A stretch of DNA of 64,000 bases from the human T2T-CHM13v2.0 reference genome, Homo sapiens. Under the pieces are notes generated by a model, which saw only the letters and a list, made by a program, of their open reading frames with translations, ran no database searches and was not told the origin of the DNA. The stretch lies in NCBI RefSeq assembly GCF_009914755.1, contig NC_060931.1; one strand, written 5' to 3'. This document shows, piece after piece, positions 1-14,680 of the stretch (position 1 is its first letter; each line of letters begins with the position of its first letter). Made by a program: the position numbers and the translations under genes.

Positions 1-204
1 ATCACACTTCTTTACTTACTTTTTGTTGATTTTAAGCTATCTTATTTAAAACATTTCTTAAAAGAAGTAAAAATTCTAGTCTCATAACTTCATATAAATT
101 GGAAATTAAAATACAAGTAAACATAATGCAATAATTTCCAGTGGGGCTTTGAAGAGCCTAGAAGAAGTATTACATTTTTGTTTTGAGAACTACGTATTCA
201 ATGA

Positions 205-553
<349 letters not shown>

Positions 554-2420
554 TACAATGCACATTTTTATTGTCATGTGTTAAGTTGAAGATTGGTACT
601 CTGTAATCGATACAATATAGTTTTATATATATACAAACTAAACTTTGAAAAGTTTTTAGTAAATTGTGTCATTACAATTGACTCCTAATACGTTCAAAAA
701 CTGATTCATAATAGTCAGCCAGACGTCACAATCTTTCAATGCTACTGCTCCTATGCTCTTTCTCAGTTATGATATGCAACCCTCAGTCAGGAAAGTGTGT
801 ATAGCAACTGCCCAGGATCCACTTCACTCAGAATAAACAACACAATACTGGGTCTGATCTTAACTTTTTCCTCTAATGTGGTCACACAAGATACTCCATT
901 ATCATATGTGCTGGCAAGACTGACACAGTAATATAAGGCAGAAATATCCAGGTTCACTCTGTCTCCTCTATTTCTCTTTTGAACAATAATGGAAATAAAT
1001 AATTGTAGTTAGCCCACATTACCATAAAGAGAAAAGTAAAACCATTTTTCTTTTCTATGACTTCTACTGGGATTAAAAACTACTTTTTTAATAAAAGCAT
1101 AGTTAACATTTACATCGCATACAAGTCTTTTCCAGATTATCTTTTTCTCTAGATGACCCCTAAAGAGTTATCTTAGTTATATAGAGAGAACTTTTCACTT
1201 CAGCAGTCATTTTCTGAAGGATATTTCATGCTGAAATGTCTTTGAAGTATCATTTTTCATCAGCCCTCTAAACCTATTGAAAATGTCTCCACAGTACCTG
1301 AAACATTTTCTCTGTTGAAATATATCATTTTACATTACTCAGATGTTCTGAAAATTCATAAAGTAGCAATCATAATTTATTGAAATTTCTTTCTGCCAGT
1401 CAGAAATGAATAAAACTATATAGTGCATTCAAGAGGAAACAGAAAAGAAAAATGAAAAGAGTAACATCAGTACCTTTAGTTTAGAAGTAACGTAAGATTG
1501 TTTTTGGTAAACAATATCAGCAGTTTTCCATAATTCTAGTTTTTATTTCAAGCTGGTGAAACACTGAGCCTAGGATTGTGTGGCAAACTTTATACTGCAG
1601 ATCTCTAATAGGCTTGCTGTTTTAATTTAAACAACAATTATTTAATATTCGTCCACTGCACACAATGGCTTGACAGTGTACATACAGCCTGGCTTCCTGA
1701 AAGTTACATTAGAAGTTGTCAGAATGGTTTTTTCATCATCATGAAATTTATTTAATAACATATTTTTAATAGCCTTTGTCTTTTATTCTTCTCTCATTCG
1801 TAATAGAGTAAATGTTTCTTCTTTTATCAGAGATTGGATCTTGCCTTTGGTGGTTAAGCTCTTTTCTTTTATGTCTTCTCAGGAATTTTGTTCACCCTTC
1901 TGGTCGTCTTTCTACACTGCTTCCCTCGTTACTGAGTTCTCAACAGGGCTTGTTTCCTTCCCCTCTGGCTGCCTTTTTTCCTCCTTAAATCTTACTTGCT
2001 GCCCATCTCCTATATTTACAACCTTTATTTAATAAAACGTTATGTACCAGAATACCACTTGTTCACCTCAATTTATTTAAAACATCTATTAAAGTTATAC
2101 ATAAATATGGTAAAATATCAAAAAGCGTAGGGTAAATAAATAAGAAGCAATAAACCTAAACTTTCCTACCACTAATCCTATATAATACAAGCAAAAATAT
2201 ATATAACAATGTTTCTGTATTTTTTGACAATATGCTTATATGATTTTTAAATGTTCAAAAGTTTATTTTTGTTATAATTTATAGTAATTCACCTCATAGA
2301 CACCAGTCCTTAATTAATGATATAATTATAGCACCATCTCTATACTTTAATTCTTTCATGATTTATTTAAACCATTTTCTTATAGCCTGAGCTTTACATT
2401 GAATATTTTTGCTCTTCACC

Positions 2421-2671
2421 TTTTATTTTATTTCGAGACAGTCTTGCTCTGTCACCCAGGCTGGAGTGCAGTGGGCAGTCTCAGCTCACTGCAACCTCCA
2501 CCTCCCAGGTTCTAGGAATTCTCATGTCTCAACTTCCTGGGTAGCTGGGATTGCCGACATGCACCACAACACTCAGCTACATTTTTTTGTATTTTTAGTA
2601 GTGATGTGATTTCACTATGTTGGATAGGCTGGTGTCGAACTCCTGGCCTCAAGTGATCTGCCCACCGTGCC
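2421..2671 (-). mobile_element. Old Alu (AluJ-like) with internal deletion near its 5' end
   Basis: Alu body with TCCTGGCCTCAAGTGATC; TSD CTCTTCACCTTTTA at 2412-2425 and 2672-2685. Confidence 0.9.
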
Positions 2672-3047
2672 CTCTTCACCTTTTAAAATAAGGTTTTCAG
2701 TGCCTCTATCTTTGCTTTTGCCTCTCCTCACTACGTTTTAGCTTCTGTGATTTGTCAGTGGTGCATTCACATAAAATTGATAGCATTTACATTTTTGTCT
2801 TTAAATATTCTCCATCCTTAGCTTTTATGCTGATAGTAATAGTTGGAAGCCTGCAAAGAAATATTCAGTATGATGACACTATTATTAACGTTTCACAGCC
2901 TCTATGTCACATGGTTAGGATGTATTTCTGCTATTAGTTTAAAGTAGGTTATTTTATCTTATGCTTCACAGGTTACTCAAAATTTTGCCACAAACAAGTT
3001 TGTTTCATATTTAAAACATTCTTCTAGTAAAGTATTTGAAACTCACT

Positions 3048-3441
3048 TGTCGTGGTCCATTTTGTGCTGCTATAACAAAATACCACCAACTGGGTAATTT
3101 GTAGAGAACAAAAATTTATTTTTCACAGTTCTGGAAGATAGGAAGTCCAAGATAAAGGCACCAGCAGGCTCATTGTCTCATGAGGGTTCGATCTCTGTTT
3201 CCAAGATCCAAGATGGCTTTTAGAACACTGTATACTCCACGTGTTCACATATGGTGAGAGGCAGAAGGAGAAGAAAGCCAAAGGCTGCATGAAGCCTTAT
3301 TTATAAGGGTCTTATTTCCATTTACCAGGGAGGAGTTTTCATGGCCTAATCACCTCTTAAAGGCACCACTTCTTAATACTATCATTGGCCATTAAGTTTC
3401 AAAACCTAAATTTTAGAGAGGATACATTCAAACCACAGAGC
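3048..3441 (-). mobile_element. MaLR solo LTR (MST/MLT1A-type)
   Basis: GTCCATTTTGTGCTGCTATAACAAAATACC...CACAGTTCTGGA...GAAGTCCAAGAT...ACATTCAAACCA matches the reverse complement of a MaLR LTR. Confidence 0.85.
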
Positions 3442-3697
3442 CAGTCTTCATTTCCATATCCAGTAACATTCTTTATAAATCTGGAATGGTTGATTCATAA
3501 TTAAACATGACTCATATTCCACCTTGGCAATTTTCTTCCCTGCAATCTTGGATTGATTCCTGTTTTTTATTCCATGTCTTTGTCTTTCTTGGGTTAGTGC
3601 TTTCTCTACCTTCTCCTTTTCCTCCTTCTTCTTCTTTGGGCTATGTATCCTTAAATCACTTCTTTAGAAAAACAGCATGAGAAGTACTTTCTAAATA

Positions 3698-3814
3698 CAG
3701 GCATACCTCAGATATATTGGGGGTTGTGTTTCAGGCCACCATAATTGTGATAAACTGAATATCACAAAAAGGTAAGTCATGCAAATTTTGTGGTTTCCCA
3801 GTACATATAAAAGT
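3698..3814 (-). mobile_element. Tigger1 DNA transposon terminal fragment
   Basis: TA then TIR CAGGCATACCTC, followed by GGTTTCCCAGTACATATAAAAGT typical of a Tigger1 end. Confidence 0.8.
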
Positions 3815-4734
3815 CCTTTCCCCATTGCTTGTTATTGTTGATTTTGTCAATGACCAGATGATTGCAGGTGTGTAGCTTTATTCATGGGTTCTCTGTCCTG
3901 TTCCATTGATCTATGTGTTTGTTTTTGCATCAGTACCATGCTGTTTTGGTTACTGTGGTCTTGTAGTATAGTTTGAAATCAGGTAGTGTAATACCACTGG
4001 CTTTGTTCCTTTTACTTAGAGTTGTTTTGGCTATTCAGGCTCCTTTTTAGTTCCATATGAATTTTAGAATCCTTTTTTTCCCCCTTATTCTGTTAAAAAT
4101 AATGTTGGTAGGTTGATAGGAATAGAGTTGACTCTAAATTGCTTTGGGCCATTTGACCATTTAAAAAATATTGATTCTTTTGATCCATGAGCAGTGTATA
4201 TTTTTCCATTTGCTTGTATCATCTATGATTTATTTCAGCAGTGTTTTATAATTCTCCTTGTAGAGATCTTTCACCTCCTTGGTTAGATGTATGCCAAGGA
4301 TATGTGTGTGGCTATTGTTGGTGTGATTGTATTGTTGATTTGATTCTCATCTTGAATATTATTGGTGTATAGAAATGCAACTGATAATTGTATGTTGATT
4401 TTGTATCCTGAAATGTTATTGAAATTGTTTATCAGATCCAGGAACATTTTGGTGAAAACTTTAGGGTTTTCTAGGTATAGAATCATATCAGTGAAGAATG
4501 ATAATTTGAGTTCTTCCTTTCTTATTTGGATGCCTTTTATTTCTTTCTCTCACAACACAGTACTTCTAGTAGAAGTGGTGAGAGTGGGCATCCCTGTCTT
4601 ATTCCAGTTCAAAGGGGAATGAGTCCAGTTTTTCTTGTTGGCTGTGGATTTGTCATAGATGGCTCTTATTATTTTGAGGTATGTTCTGTCCATACCCAGG
4701 CTGTTGAAGGATGAACATATGAAGGGATGTTGGA

Positions 4735-5038
<304 letters not shown>

Positions 5039-8000
5039 AAAGGGATGTTGGATTTTAGGAAAAGCTTTTTCTGCATCTATTGAGATAATCATACAGCTTT
5101 TAGCTTTTGCTTTTAATTCCGTTTAGGTGGTGAATCACATTTATTGATTTGTGTGGTTTAACTGGGCCTGCATCCCAGGAATAAGGTCTACTTGATCATG
5201 GTGAATTAACTTTTTGATGTGTTTCTGGATTTGGTTAGCTAGCATTTTGTGAATTAGCCTGTAGTTTCCATTTTTGTTTTGTTTTGTTATGTCTTTGCCA
5301 GATTTTGAATTGAGAGTGATTGTGCCTTTGTAGAATGAGTTAGGGAAGAAGCCCTCCACCTCTACTTTTTGGAATAGTTTCAGAAGAATAGGTACCAACT
5401 CTTCTTGTACATCCGGTAGAATTTGACTGTGAATTCATCTGGTCCAGGACTCTTTTTGGTTAGTAGATTTTTTTATTACTGATTGAAATTCTGAACTTGA
5501 TTTTGGCCTGTCCAGGGTTTCGATTTCTTTCTGACTCGGTCTTGGGAGATCATGTGTTTCCAGGAATGTATCCATATCCTCTAGGTTTTCTAGTTTTTGT
5601 GCATAGAAGTGTTTATAATAGTCTCTGAGGATCTTTTGTATTTCTGTGGGATTGGTTGCAGTGTAACCTTGGTCATTTCTAATTGTGCTTATTTGGATCT
5701 TCTGTCTTTTTTCTTAATCTACTTAGTGATCTATCAATTTTGTTGATTCTTTTAAACAAAAAGCTTTTGGCTTCATTGATGCTTTTTATGTATTTTGGGA
5801 TCTCAATCTCATTCAGTTCTGCTCTGATTTTGGTTGATTCTTATACTCTGCTAGCTTTGTGATTGGTTTGTTCTTGTGTTTCCCATTCCTCCATTAGATT
5901 GCTAATTTTAGGTATTTCTAACTTCTTGAAATAGGCATTCAGTGCTATAAACTTTCCTCGTAACACTGCATTAGCTGTGTCCCAGAGATTTCTGTAGGTG
6001 TTTCTCTGTTTTTATTTATTTCTAAGTTATTAAAAAATTTTCTGCCTTAATTTTGTTGTTTACTCAAATGAGCAAGTTGTGTAATTTCCATGTTATTATA
6101 GTTTTAAGAGATCCTGGTATTGATTTGTATTTTTATTCCACTGTGGTTTCAAAATATAGTAGGTATGAATATATTTTGAATTTTCTGAGACTTGTTTTAC
6201 AGCAAAGCATGTGGTCAGTCTTAGAGTATGTACCATGTGCAGATGAAAAAAAAAATGTGAGCTTGGTTTCTTGAAGACAGCAGATGGATGGGTCTAGTTT
6301 TCTTATCCAATGTTTCACTTTGTGCCTTTTAAGTAGGGTGTTAAGACCATTTACATTAAAGGTTAATATTGATATGTAAGATTTTGATTCTGTCATAAAC
6401 TTGTTAGCTGTTTATTTTGTGTTTCCTATTGTGTAGTTGCTTTAAAGTGTTTGTGGGCTATGCGCTTAGCTGTGATTTTGTGGTAGTGGACATTGTTCTT
6501 TCATCTCCATGTTTAGAACTCCTTTAATGATCTCTTGTAAGACTGGTTTAGTGGTAATGAATTCCTTTAGTGATTGCCTGTCTGAAAAAGATTTTATTTC
6601 TCCTTCACTTATGAAGCTTAGTTTGGCAGGGTATGAAATTCATGGTTGAAGTTCTTTGAGGATGCAGAAAATAGGTCCCCCCAAAAGGTCTTCTGGCTTG
6701 CAGGGTTTCTGCTGAGAAGTATGCTGTTAGCCTGATGGGGTTCCCTTTTTATGCAGTCTGATCTTTTTCTCTAGCTGCTTTTAAGATTTTTTAAAATTTC
6801 ATTTTGACCTTAGACAGCTGAGTGACTACATGCTTTGGTGATGTTTGTTTTGTATAGTATCTAATAAGCGTTATCTGAATTTCTTGTATCTGGGTGTCTA
6901 CCTCTCCAGCAAAGTTAGGAAAATTTTTAAAAATTATTCTCTCAAGTACATTTTTTGGATTGCTTACTTTTTATCTTGCTCTCTCCCTGTAGTGCCAATA
7001 ATTCTTAGGTTTGGTTGCTTTACATAATCCCATATTTCCTGGATACCTTGTTCAAGTTTTAAAATTCTTAGTTCTTTATTTTTTTCTGACTGGTTTAGTT
7101 TGAAAGACAATTTTCAATTTCTAAAATTCTTTATTCTGCTTGATTTAGTCTATTGATAAAACTTTCAATTGCATTTTGAAGTTCCTTAAGCGAGTTATTC
7201 AGTTCTGGTAGCGCTGAATGCTTTCTTTATAAGATCTTTACCTCTTCCTTTACTTCCTGAATTGTTTTACAGGTTTCTTTGTGTTTATTTTCAAGCTTAT
7301 CTTGGATATTGTTCAGTTTTCCTGGAATTCATGCTTTGAATTCTCCATCTGACATCTTATGCCTCCATTTAGACTAGGGACCATTGCTGCAGAGCTAGAG
7401 TGAGCCTTTGGTGGTCATAAGTTCAGATTTTTAATGGTGGTAGAATTCTTATGCTAATTCCTTCTCATCTGGAGAGGGTTCTGTTGGGTTGGGTCTTTTA
7501 ACTTTGCTTTTGTAGTCCTATGCACTTCTATCAGCAGGTTTTGTATTGGGCTGTGCAGTTTGACCTACAGGCCAGTAGATGATATTTGCAGATAAGAGCC
7601 AGCTGCCGTACGAGAAGTTGGGTATTGATCTGATCTTTGTTTTATATGAGGCACCTTCTGTTATTTCAGGTGAAGGGTTGGACAGTGGGATGCCCTGTGT
7701 CCTGAGCTTCCTGTCCCATGGGGGTGGTGGTTAGGGAGCTGGAGCCCCTGGTTTGCCCATGAATATCCCAATGGAGAATGCAGGCACCAGCCCTAACAAG
7801 GGTGACTGGGGGTGAGCTCCTGGTGAAATGTGCTGAGGTCTCTGCAGGAGGAGTGAGGAGGCTGCACTGGCTTCCTATTCTAGATAGGCAGCAATACAAT
7901 CTGTTTCCCTATCACACCTTTGTTTCAAGGCTCATAACTCCCAGTTCAGACACACATTATAGTCTATCTCTGGCCCATAAGGTGATTGAGAGCCACAGGA

Positions 8001-9015
8001 AATGCCTATTTTGCAGCTCTCTGTGGGAGTGACTTTAGAACATAATCTCATCACTCAACTCGATACAGATAGGTTTAAATCTCACCTGTTCTCCAATGTG
8101 GCAGTACTGTTGCTTTTTGTGAAGTGCAGGGAGGGGGATCCACCTTTGGACCCATGTGAATGGGTGTTGGTTGTGGTGGTGTCAGCTGCTTGGGTTGGTC
8201 TAACCTCAGGCCCTGAGAAATGTGGTCAGGTGCCAGCAGACTTAGGATGGGGTAGGTAGTTCTCCAGTTCCCAGGCTCCTACATGGCTTGCTGGACAGCA
8301 TGTATGAGTCATAAAGGGGCTGGATTGGGGTCAGGCTAGCCCCAAGTTCAGGAGCTGGCTGTGTTGTGGGGGCAGGTGAGCTAGTCCCCGGGTCATCAAC
8401 CAACGTCTCAGGCAGGGGCAAGTGGAATTCTGAGGTATTGGGAATTTAAGAAAATTCTACATGTTAAATGTTCAGCCAGGTGGTTGTTCTATGGGCCTTT
8501 CACTGGAGAGGGCAGAAATCCTCAGCTGCATAATGAAGACTAGCAGCTATGGGACATGTGACACACTTGCACTTCTCTCCCATCCAAATGATGACGAACT
8601 TCACTGTTGGGATCACTTGAAGGTGCCAAGCATTGTCTGTTCTGTCTGGGAGTTTTGTCCCACGGGAATGCAGAGTCATCACCCACCGCAATGTTCACAA
8701 AGGGGTGGGACTGCTGAGCTGGAAACCTGAGCCTAGCCTTGCCTGACTCAGAAGTGGGACAGAAGTCTCACAGTTTGTCATCTGTAAGTTTCTCCAGGGG
8801 AATGCTGTGCTGTGCCCACCAGCAGAATTTAGGTGGGCGCAAAGTCACTGCAGTGGAAGTCTGAGCAAGGAAGAGCAGGGCATTGTGACCACTCCTCTGC
8901 ACCATGACTACAGCCTCTACTGGGGCTGTGGAAGCTGGTGTCAGGCTGCTCGGGGATCCAAGTCCTGTGGGCTCCACATAAGCTTGAGTGGTGCCTATGC
9001 AAAAAATGCCAGAGG

Positions 9016-9344
<329 letters not shown>

Positions 9345-10296
9345 CTAGGGGATGGGGGTTGGGAGGTTTGCTCATACCCAGGATTGTGAAGGTGCATGTG
9401 GGAAGTGCAGATTTCTTGGGGACTCTCACTTACTCATCCTTTCCCCATGTTAGAGAGTTTCTCCTGGCCCCACGCTGGTTTCAGGTCAGTGACTGCCTAA
9501 CTTCTCTCTGTTTTCTGTGGGTTCCCCCATTCCATGGTGGATTCTGACAAAGTCCCTTAGATGATTCTCTTGAAGCACTGCTCTTTACTCTCCACTTTGT
9601 TTCTTCTCCATGAGATTGGTGCACACTAGCGGCTTCTACGCAGTCATCTTGAACCTCCCAACTGATGCTGGATTCCTGATTCAAAATAAATTTTTATTTA
9701 AAGTATTCTTTTTATATATAATCCCTGCATTAAATGACATTGTTGAGAAACTTGATTTCATTTTCATTATCTTTCATTTCTTTGCTTGGGATTATTTTAG
9801 ATATTCATTTTCTGTGGGAGCTTTTAATTATTCCATTTGTCTTTGATTTAAAATTTCAAAAAAAAATTTGGTTTGGGATTTTGTTTCTTTTTTCTTTCTT
9901 CATTCTAATCTGACCCTTTGAATTGAAGCACAGGCATATACCTTGAGTTTTTGGAACGTTCTGCTATTATTATATCTGATTATTTCCTGTCTTTTATATT
10001 ATTTTAGTTATTCATGGAAAGTTACCCCTATGACTTTGGTTAAGCTTATATGATTATTTTATTTTCCTCTTGATCTCTATCACTTTTGATTTTGCTTGTA
10101 TATTTGAGATAAATAGTTGACATCTAGGTGATATTCCATTTATTTGTATATTATCTTCAATTATATTGTTTAAACAATTATTTCTTGTGCTATACTTATT
10201 CCTTTTCAATATTTTATTTGTTGTTGTTTAAATAAGGCTTTTTTTACTTTTATAGAATATTGTACTTAATATTTTGTTTTTCTTGTTTCATTGTCT

Positions 10297-10622
10297 TGTT
10301 AAAACATAAACTTAGGCACATTAAAATCTTAAAGAGTTTCTTTGAGCATAACGTCAATTCACAAACTGGGCAGCACTAGAGCACAAGTGGGTCAGGGCTC
10401 CCCTGAAAGTGCACAAGGGGAAAAATTGTACAAAGTGTTCTCAAAAGCCAGACAGAGAAAATATTTGATTGGTTAAAGTGGAACAGTAGCCTTCTTCAGT
10501 TAGATGTTAATTGAAAGTTTCTGATTGGTTAAGCTACTCCAAGTTGGGTTTTTGTTTGTTTACCTAGGAGCACAGAACACTGGAGCTGTCTCGACCTTAT
10601 GGGTTCCAATTAATTTTTTAAA
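10297..10622 (-). mobile_element. ERV1-class solo LTR (MER57-like)
   Basis: TGTTAAA...AGAGTTT.TTTGAGCA...AATTCACAAACTGGGCAGC with two GATTGG boxes resembles a MER57-group LTR in reverse. Confidence 0.55.
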
Positions 10623-11229
10623 AAGTTTTAAAGCTTATTTTCTGCACTGAATCATCTTCATTTCCTTCAAATTATTGCTTACTTTCCTTTTTCTGTCCCC
10701 TAATATTTTAACCTCAATCATTTTCTTTTACATTCCAGGCTTTTGTTAAGTATACTGTGATTATTCATTTCAACTTCTTCATTTTATGTTACTTTAGTTT
10801 TAGAGCAAATAAATAATAGAGTTGGTCAGAATCTCTCTAAATGCAGGCTTGTTTTGAGACATGAAAAGCTTTGTCTTATCTGAGTGATGAGAGACCTATA
10901 ATTTGGCAGAATGAGAAGGGCTTCACTCTGTGGTGCAATCGTCCATAGTTATTTGCCATAGTCTTTTTTGACAACTTACTTTTCTTTAAACAGAGAAAAA
11001 AGACTCAGGTTCTTTGCCTGGGATTAAACACTTTGCATAATTTGACTATGGATAGGGAATAATGTCATAAAGTCAACTTCCTATATATGGAATGTCAATC
11101 TCACTCTTTTTCACAGCTATTTTTTACCTATTTTAAGCCCTATTGCTATAAAAGTTAGGAAAGTTCTCAGGGACATGAGTTCTACCTGACTGGTAAGGGG
11201 CTCACAAGATTTTAATCTGTAAGATACAG

Positions 11230-11341
11230 ATGTGTGTGTGTATATATATACACATATATACATATATATGTGTATGTATATGTATATATGTGTATATGTG
11301 TATGTGTGTGTGTATGTGTGTGTATATATATATTTGTATAT
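11230..11341. repeat. (TG)n/(TA)n compound microsatellite
   Basis: Alternating purine-pyrimidine tract seen directly. Confidence 0.95.
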
Positions 11342-12099
11342 TCCAGCTGCCCCAGGTATTCTTTATTTTATTTACTTTCTCGAAGGTTGCTAAAGAACTT
11401 CCTGTTTTACTTTGCCATTTACATTTATGTTTGCTGAATATGGAGTGGAGATTTTTCTTGTCTATGATGAAGACTTTGGGTTTTCTTTTTGTATTTTCAA
11501 CTGTTTTTATTTCTCTATTAATCCAGTTCCATCCAATTTACACACAATTGATATTATACTAAATAGCCACATTTTTTACTCTATGACACAGTTAAGAATG
11601 CATGTACCAACATCAGAATATTGTTAAAGTATTATATAAATTAATGATGGCATAAGTATGGCATAACTCCATATATGTTCTTAGCCTTGTTATTATTATC
11701 ACAACATTTTCTGTCATTTCTGAGCAAGGGATGAAAAACCGTTAGAATTGTTCCGATATTCCTACCTCTTTTTCAATGCTTAGTATCTGTGCATGTTAGA
11801 AATTATAAATTTTAACATGACAGTTTCTCAAAAATAAAATAAGATGGCTATCTGGAAATGACAGTATTCTATTATTAAGCTTGAATGATATGCAAGAAAC
11901 AGATCTTATTAGATGGATTCTCCATCATTTGTTTAACTAGTCCCCTATGGTAAATAATATTTTTAAATATATTTTTTACTACTATATAAAATTTACAAGT
12001 GACTAACTCATGTCTGGTTCTTTGCAAACTTCTTTAAATCTGTTTATAATGTTCAATTAAAGTAATTGGCCAAGGTAAAGAACACAACACTCATTTTAG

Positions 12100-12830
12100 A
12101 TCCATATCATTAAATAGCTCTCTAAAGTGTGTGCCAATTTACATTAGTACTGTGAATGAATGAATTCTCTCTAACACTATTAAACATATTTTTTCAATGT
12201 CAACAATTTAGGAGGTGATAAATGGCATCTAGTTTTACTTTAGATTTCTCCAAGTATGATGAAAATTTGATATGGTTTCATATGTTTATTAGCTATTTTT
12301 AAGAGAAGAGGCGTGACTGTCTCAGCTGTTCTTCATTTTCATCCCAAAGAGCTCAGGTTGTCCTCCTGCTCTGAAATTGCTTGTGTCTCCTTTGCATATT
12401 CTGCTTCTTTTTTCCTTCGTCCCATCTGCTTTGGATTCTCCTGTAACATGATTCCATCTGTTTTCCTTAAAAGTTCAAGTGCATTGGTTGTTACTATTTG
12501 TTGTTTTATGGCACATTTAAAAAATATATGTCTTCATTACATTGGCTGTTGCAGGGACTAGATAAGCTAACACAAGCAGAGATTTGAAACATTGCCTGAC
12601 TCACAGGCACAGATCAAAGCTTGGTAGAGTATTTCTTTTTTTGTAATTTTTTTCTGTGAGCACCTTATTCATATGTTGATTACCATATCATACAGAGTTA
12701 AAGTTATTTCTTTTCTATTTGTAAACAGCTGCACTTTATTAAGAAAATTATTGTCGTATGTGCTACCTTTTTATGTTTTTCTTCAGATATGAATGTTTAT
12801 ATGCTCAAATTGCACTTTATTTTCTTTAGA
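12100..12830 (-). mobile_element. Ancient L1M 3' fragment interrupted by a ~330-bp unrelated segment
   Basis: TTTCATATGTTTATTAGCTATTT and TTCTGTGAGCACCTTATTCATAT resemble adjacent L1M antisense motifs. Confidence 0.5.
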
Positions 12831-13609
12831 GTTTTTACTTATGCAATATTTAAAAATGTCTCAAATAGAGATTTTTTTTCCATAAAAAGTAGATATATGC
12901 ATGTAAATAAGTGAAAAAAATAAAGAAAAGAAAAATTGAGAAATGCTAAGGACAAAATTTTAAAAAGAGAATAATAATAAAAGTAGAAAAAAAACAAAAA
13001 ATTTGTTGAGCTAAAGTATAAAATGGATATGAAAAATAAGGAATTGAAAAATGGAAAAGAAATACAATAATTAAAATTAGGGCAGATGGAAAAAATCAGA
13101 GGACAACAAATGAAAAAACAATACAATAAAATTAAATGTGACTCAAGAAATGAAAAGAAAAAGTATGTTGCTCCTCTGTAGCCATTACAATCAAATTCTT
13201 TGTTCAATATATCTAGTGTTATTGTCAACAATACACCAGGTAGAATATCCGACTTTCACACTCAGATCGTGTACCAGGAACTTCATTGCTCCTCAACAAA
13301 ACCAGGAACATATCCACGTTTAAGGTCCAAAATCAGAAAGCTGAAATTTAAGTCTTGACAGCTGAGACAATTAAACCCCTTAGCTGCTAAATCCACCTAA
13401 ATGGAGACATTTATTTTAGAATTTCTCGAACTCACAGAATGTTAACACTCAAATCTAACTATTCATAGAAAATTTAATCAAAATTCCTCCTCCCCCATAA
13501 AAAGTAACACATGGTAAAGAATAACCTTTTTTTCCTATAATTTATTGTAATATTTTTAAGAATAAAAAAATACAGCCTGGGATACCATTGTTATTTTGCA
13601 TATTAATGT

Positions 13610-13700
13610 TTCCAGTTGGGTAACCTCAGGCAGGTTGTTTAATGTCCAAGTGGCTCAGTTTTCTCATCCATAACAACTTCATAGAGACACAAAGATAGAA
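13610..13700 (+). mobile_element. MIR fragment
   Basis: AACCTCAGGCAGGTTGTTTAA...CTCAGTTTTCTCATC MIR core. Confidence 0.6.
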
Positions 13701-14284
13701 ATAGATAATATATTAAGTATATATTTAATATGCCTACTATCACATAGCTAACATTGGCTAGTCTTATAACACAATAGAATTTATAAAGTCCATGCAATAC
13801 CAACCATAATTCCATTAAGTAGTAGTTATTTTTCTCCTAACTCTCATTCTTCACAGATTTAACTTCCTATGAAGAAGGAAATTTAGACTAATTTTCTTTA
13901 AATTTGCATATTAAAATTTTCTCTAACAATCAAGATTTCATGATTAGAATTATAATTAAATTTCTGTGAAGTACAGGGAGATGCTTTCCCATTTTTTAAA
14001 ATCCTACTTCCTTGCTTGACAAATTAGTAATTGTAGTACAGAGAGAATACTGAGATTCCCCAAGTCTCAAAGCTGCTTCGTAAGTCCCTGCATTCATTCA
14101 ACCAGTGTGTGTGGACTCAGTACTATCAGCTGTGGTAATGTGCTGGGTGTTAGGAACACAATATACTTTCTTCTTCCATTTTACTTAAAGTCTAGTGGAA
14201 AAGTAGGGCAACCAGGTATATAAAACTACATCCATAGGCTCCCGTTGATAAATTCTGCTTGAGTTGCTCTTACAAGTTAGAGGA

Positions 14285-14680
14285 AAGTGTCTGTTCATAT
14301 CCTTTGCCCACATATACACCATGGAATACTGTGCAGCCATAAAAAATGGATGAGTTCATGTCCTTTGCATGGACATGGATGAAGCTGGAAACCATCATTC
14401 TCAGCAAACTAACACAAGAACAGAAAACCAAATACTGCACGTTCTCACTCATAAGTGGGAGTTGAACAATGAGAACACATGGACACAGGGTGGGGAACAT
14501 CACACACCGGGGCGTGTCGGAGGATAGGGGGCTAGGAGAGGGATAGCATTAGGAGAAATACGTAATATAGGTGATGGGTTGAGGGGTGCAGCAAACCACC
14601 ATGGCACGCGTATACCTATGTAACAAGACTACACGTTCTACACATGTACCCCAGAACTTAAAGTATATTAAAAAAAAAAA
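14285..14680 (+). mobile_element. 5'-truncated L1PA (PA6/7-like) 3' end with a short 5' inversion
   Basis: L1 3'UTR plus poly-A; 14285-14311 is antisense L1 ORF2; TSD AAG(T/G)TAGAGGAAA at 14274-14286 and 14679-14691. Confidence 0.92.

Noticed and set aside
1790-2032. Pyrimidine-rich segment with a plus ORF and a K/E-rich minus frame
   Set aside because: Explained by strand purine bias; minus frame has stops; no convincing splice-site pair or recognised homology
11230-11562. 110-aa CVYI-rich ORF
   Set aside because: Translation of a microsatellite
12839-13231. 130-aa Phe-rich minus ORF
   Set aside because: Antisense of A-rich low-complexity DNA
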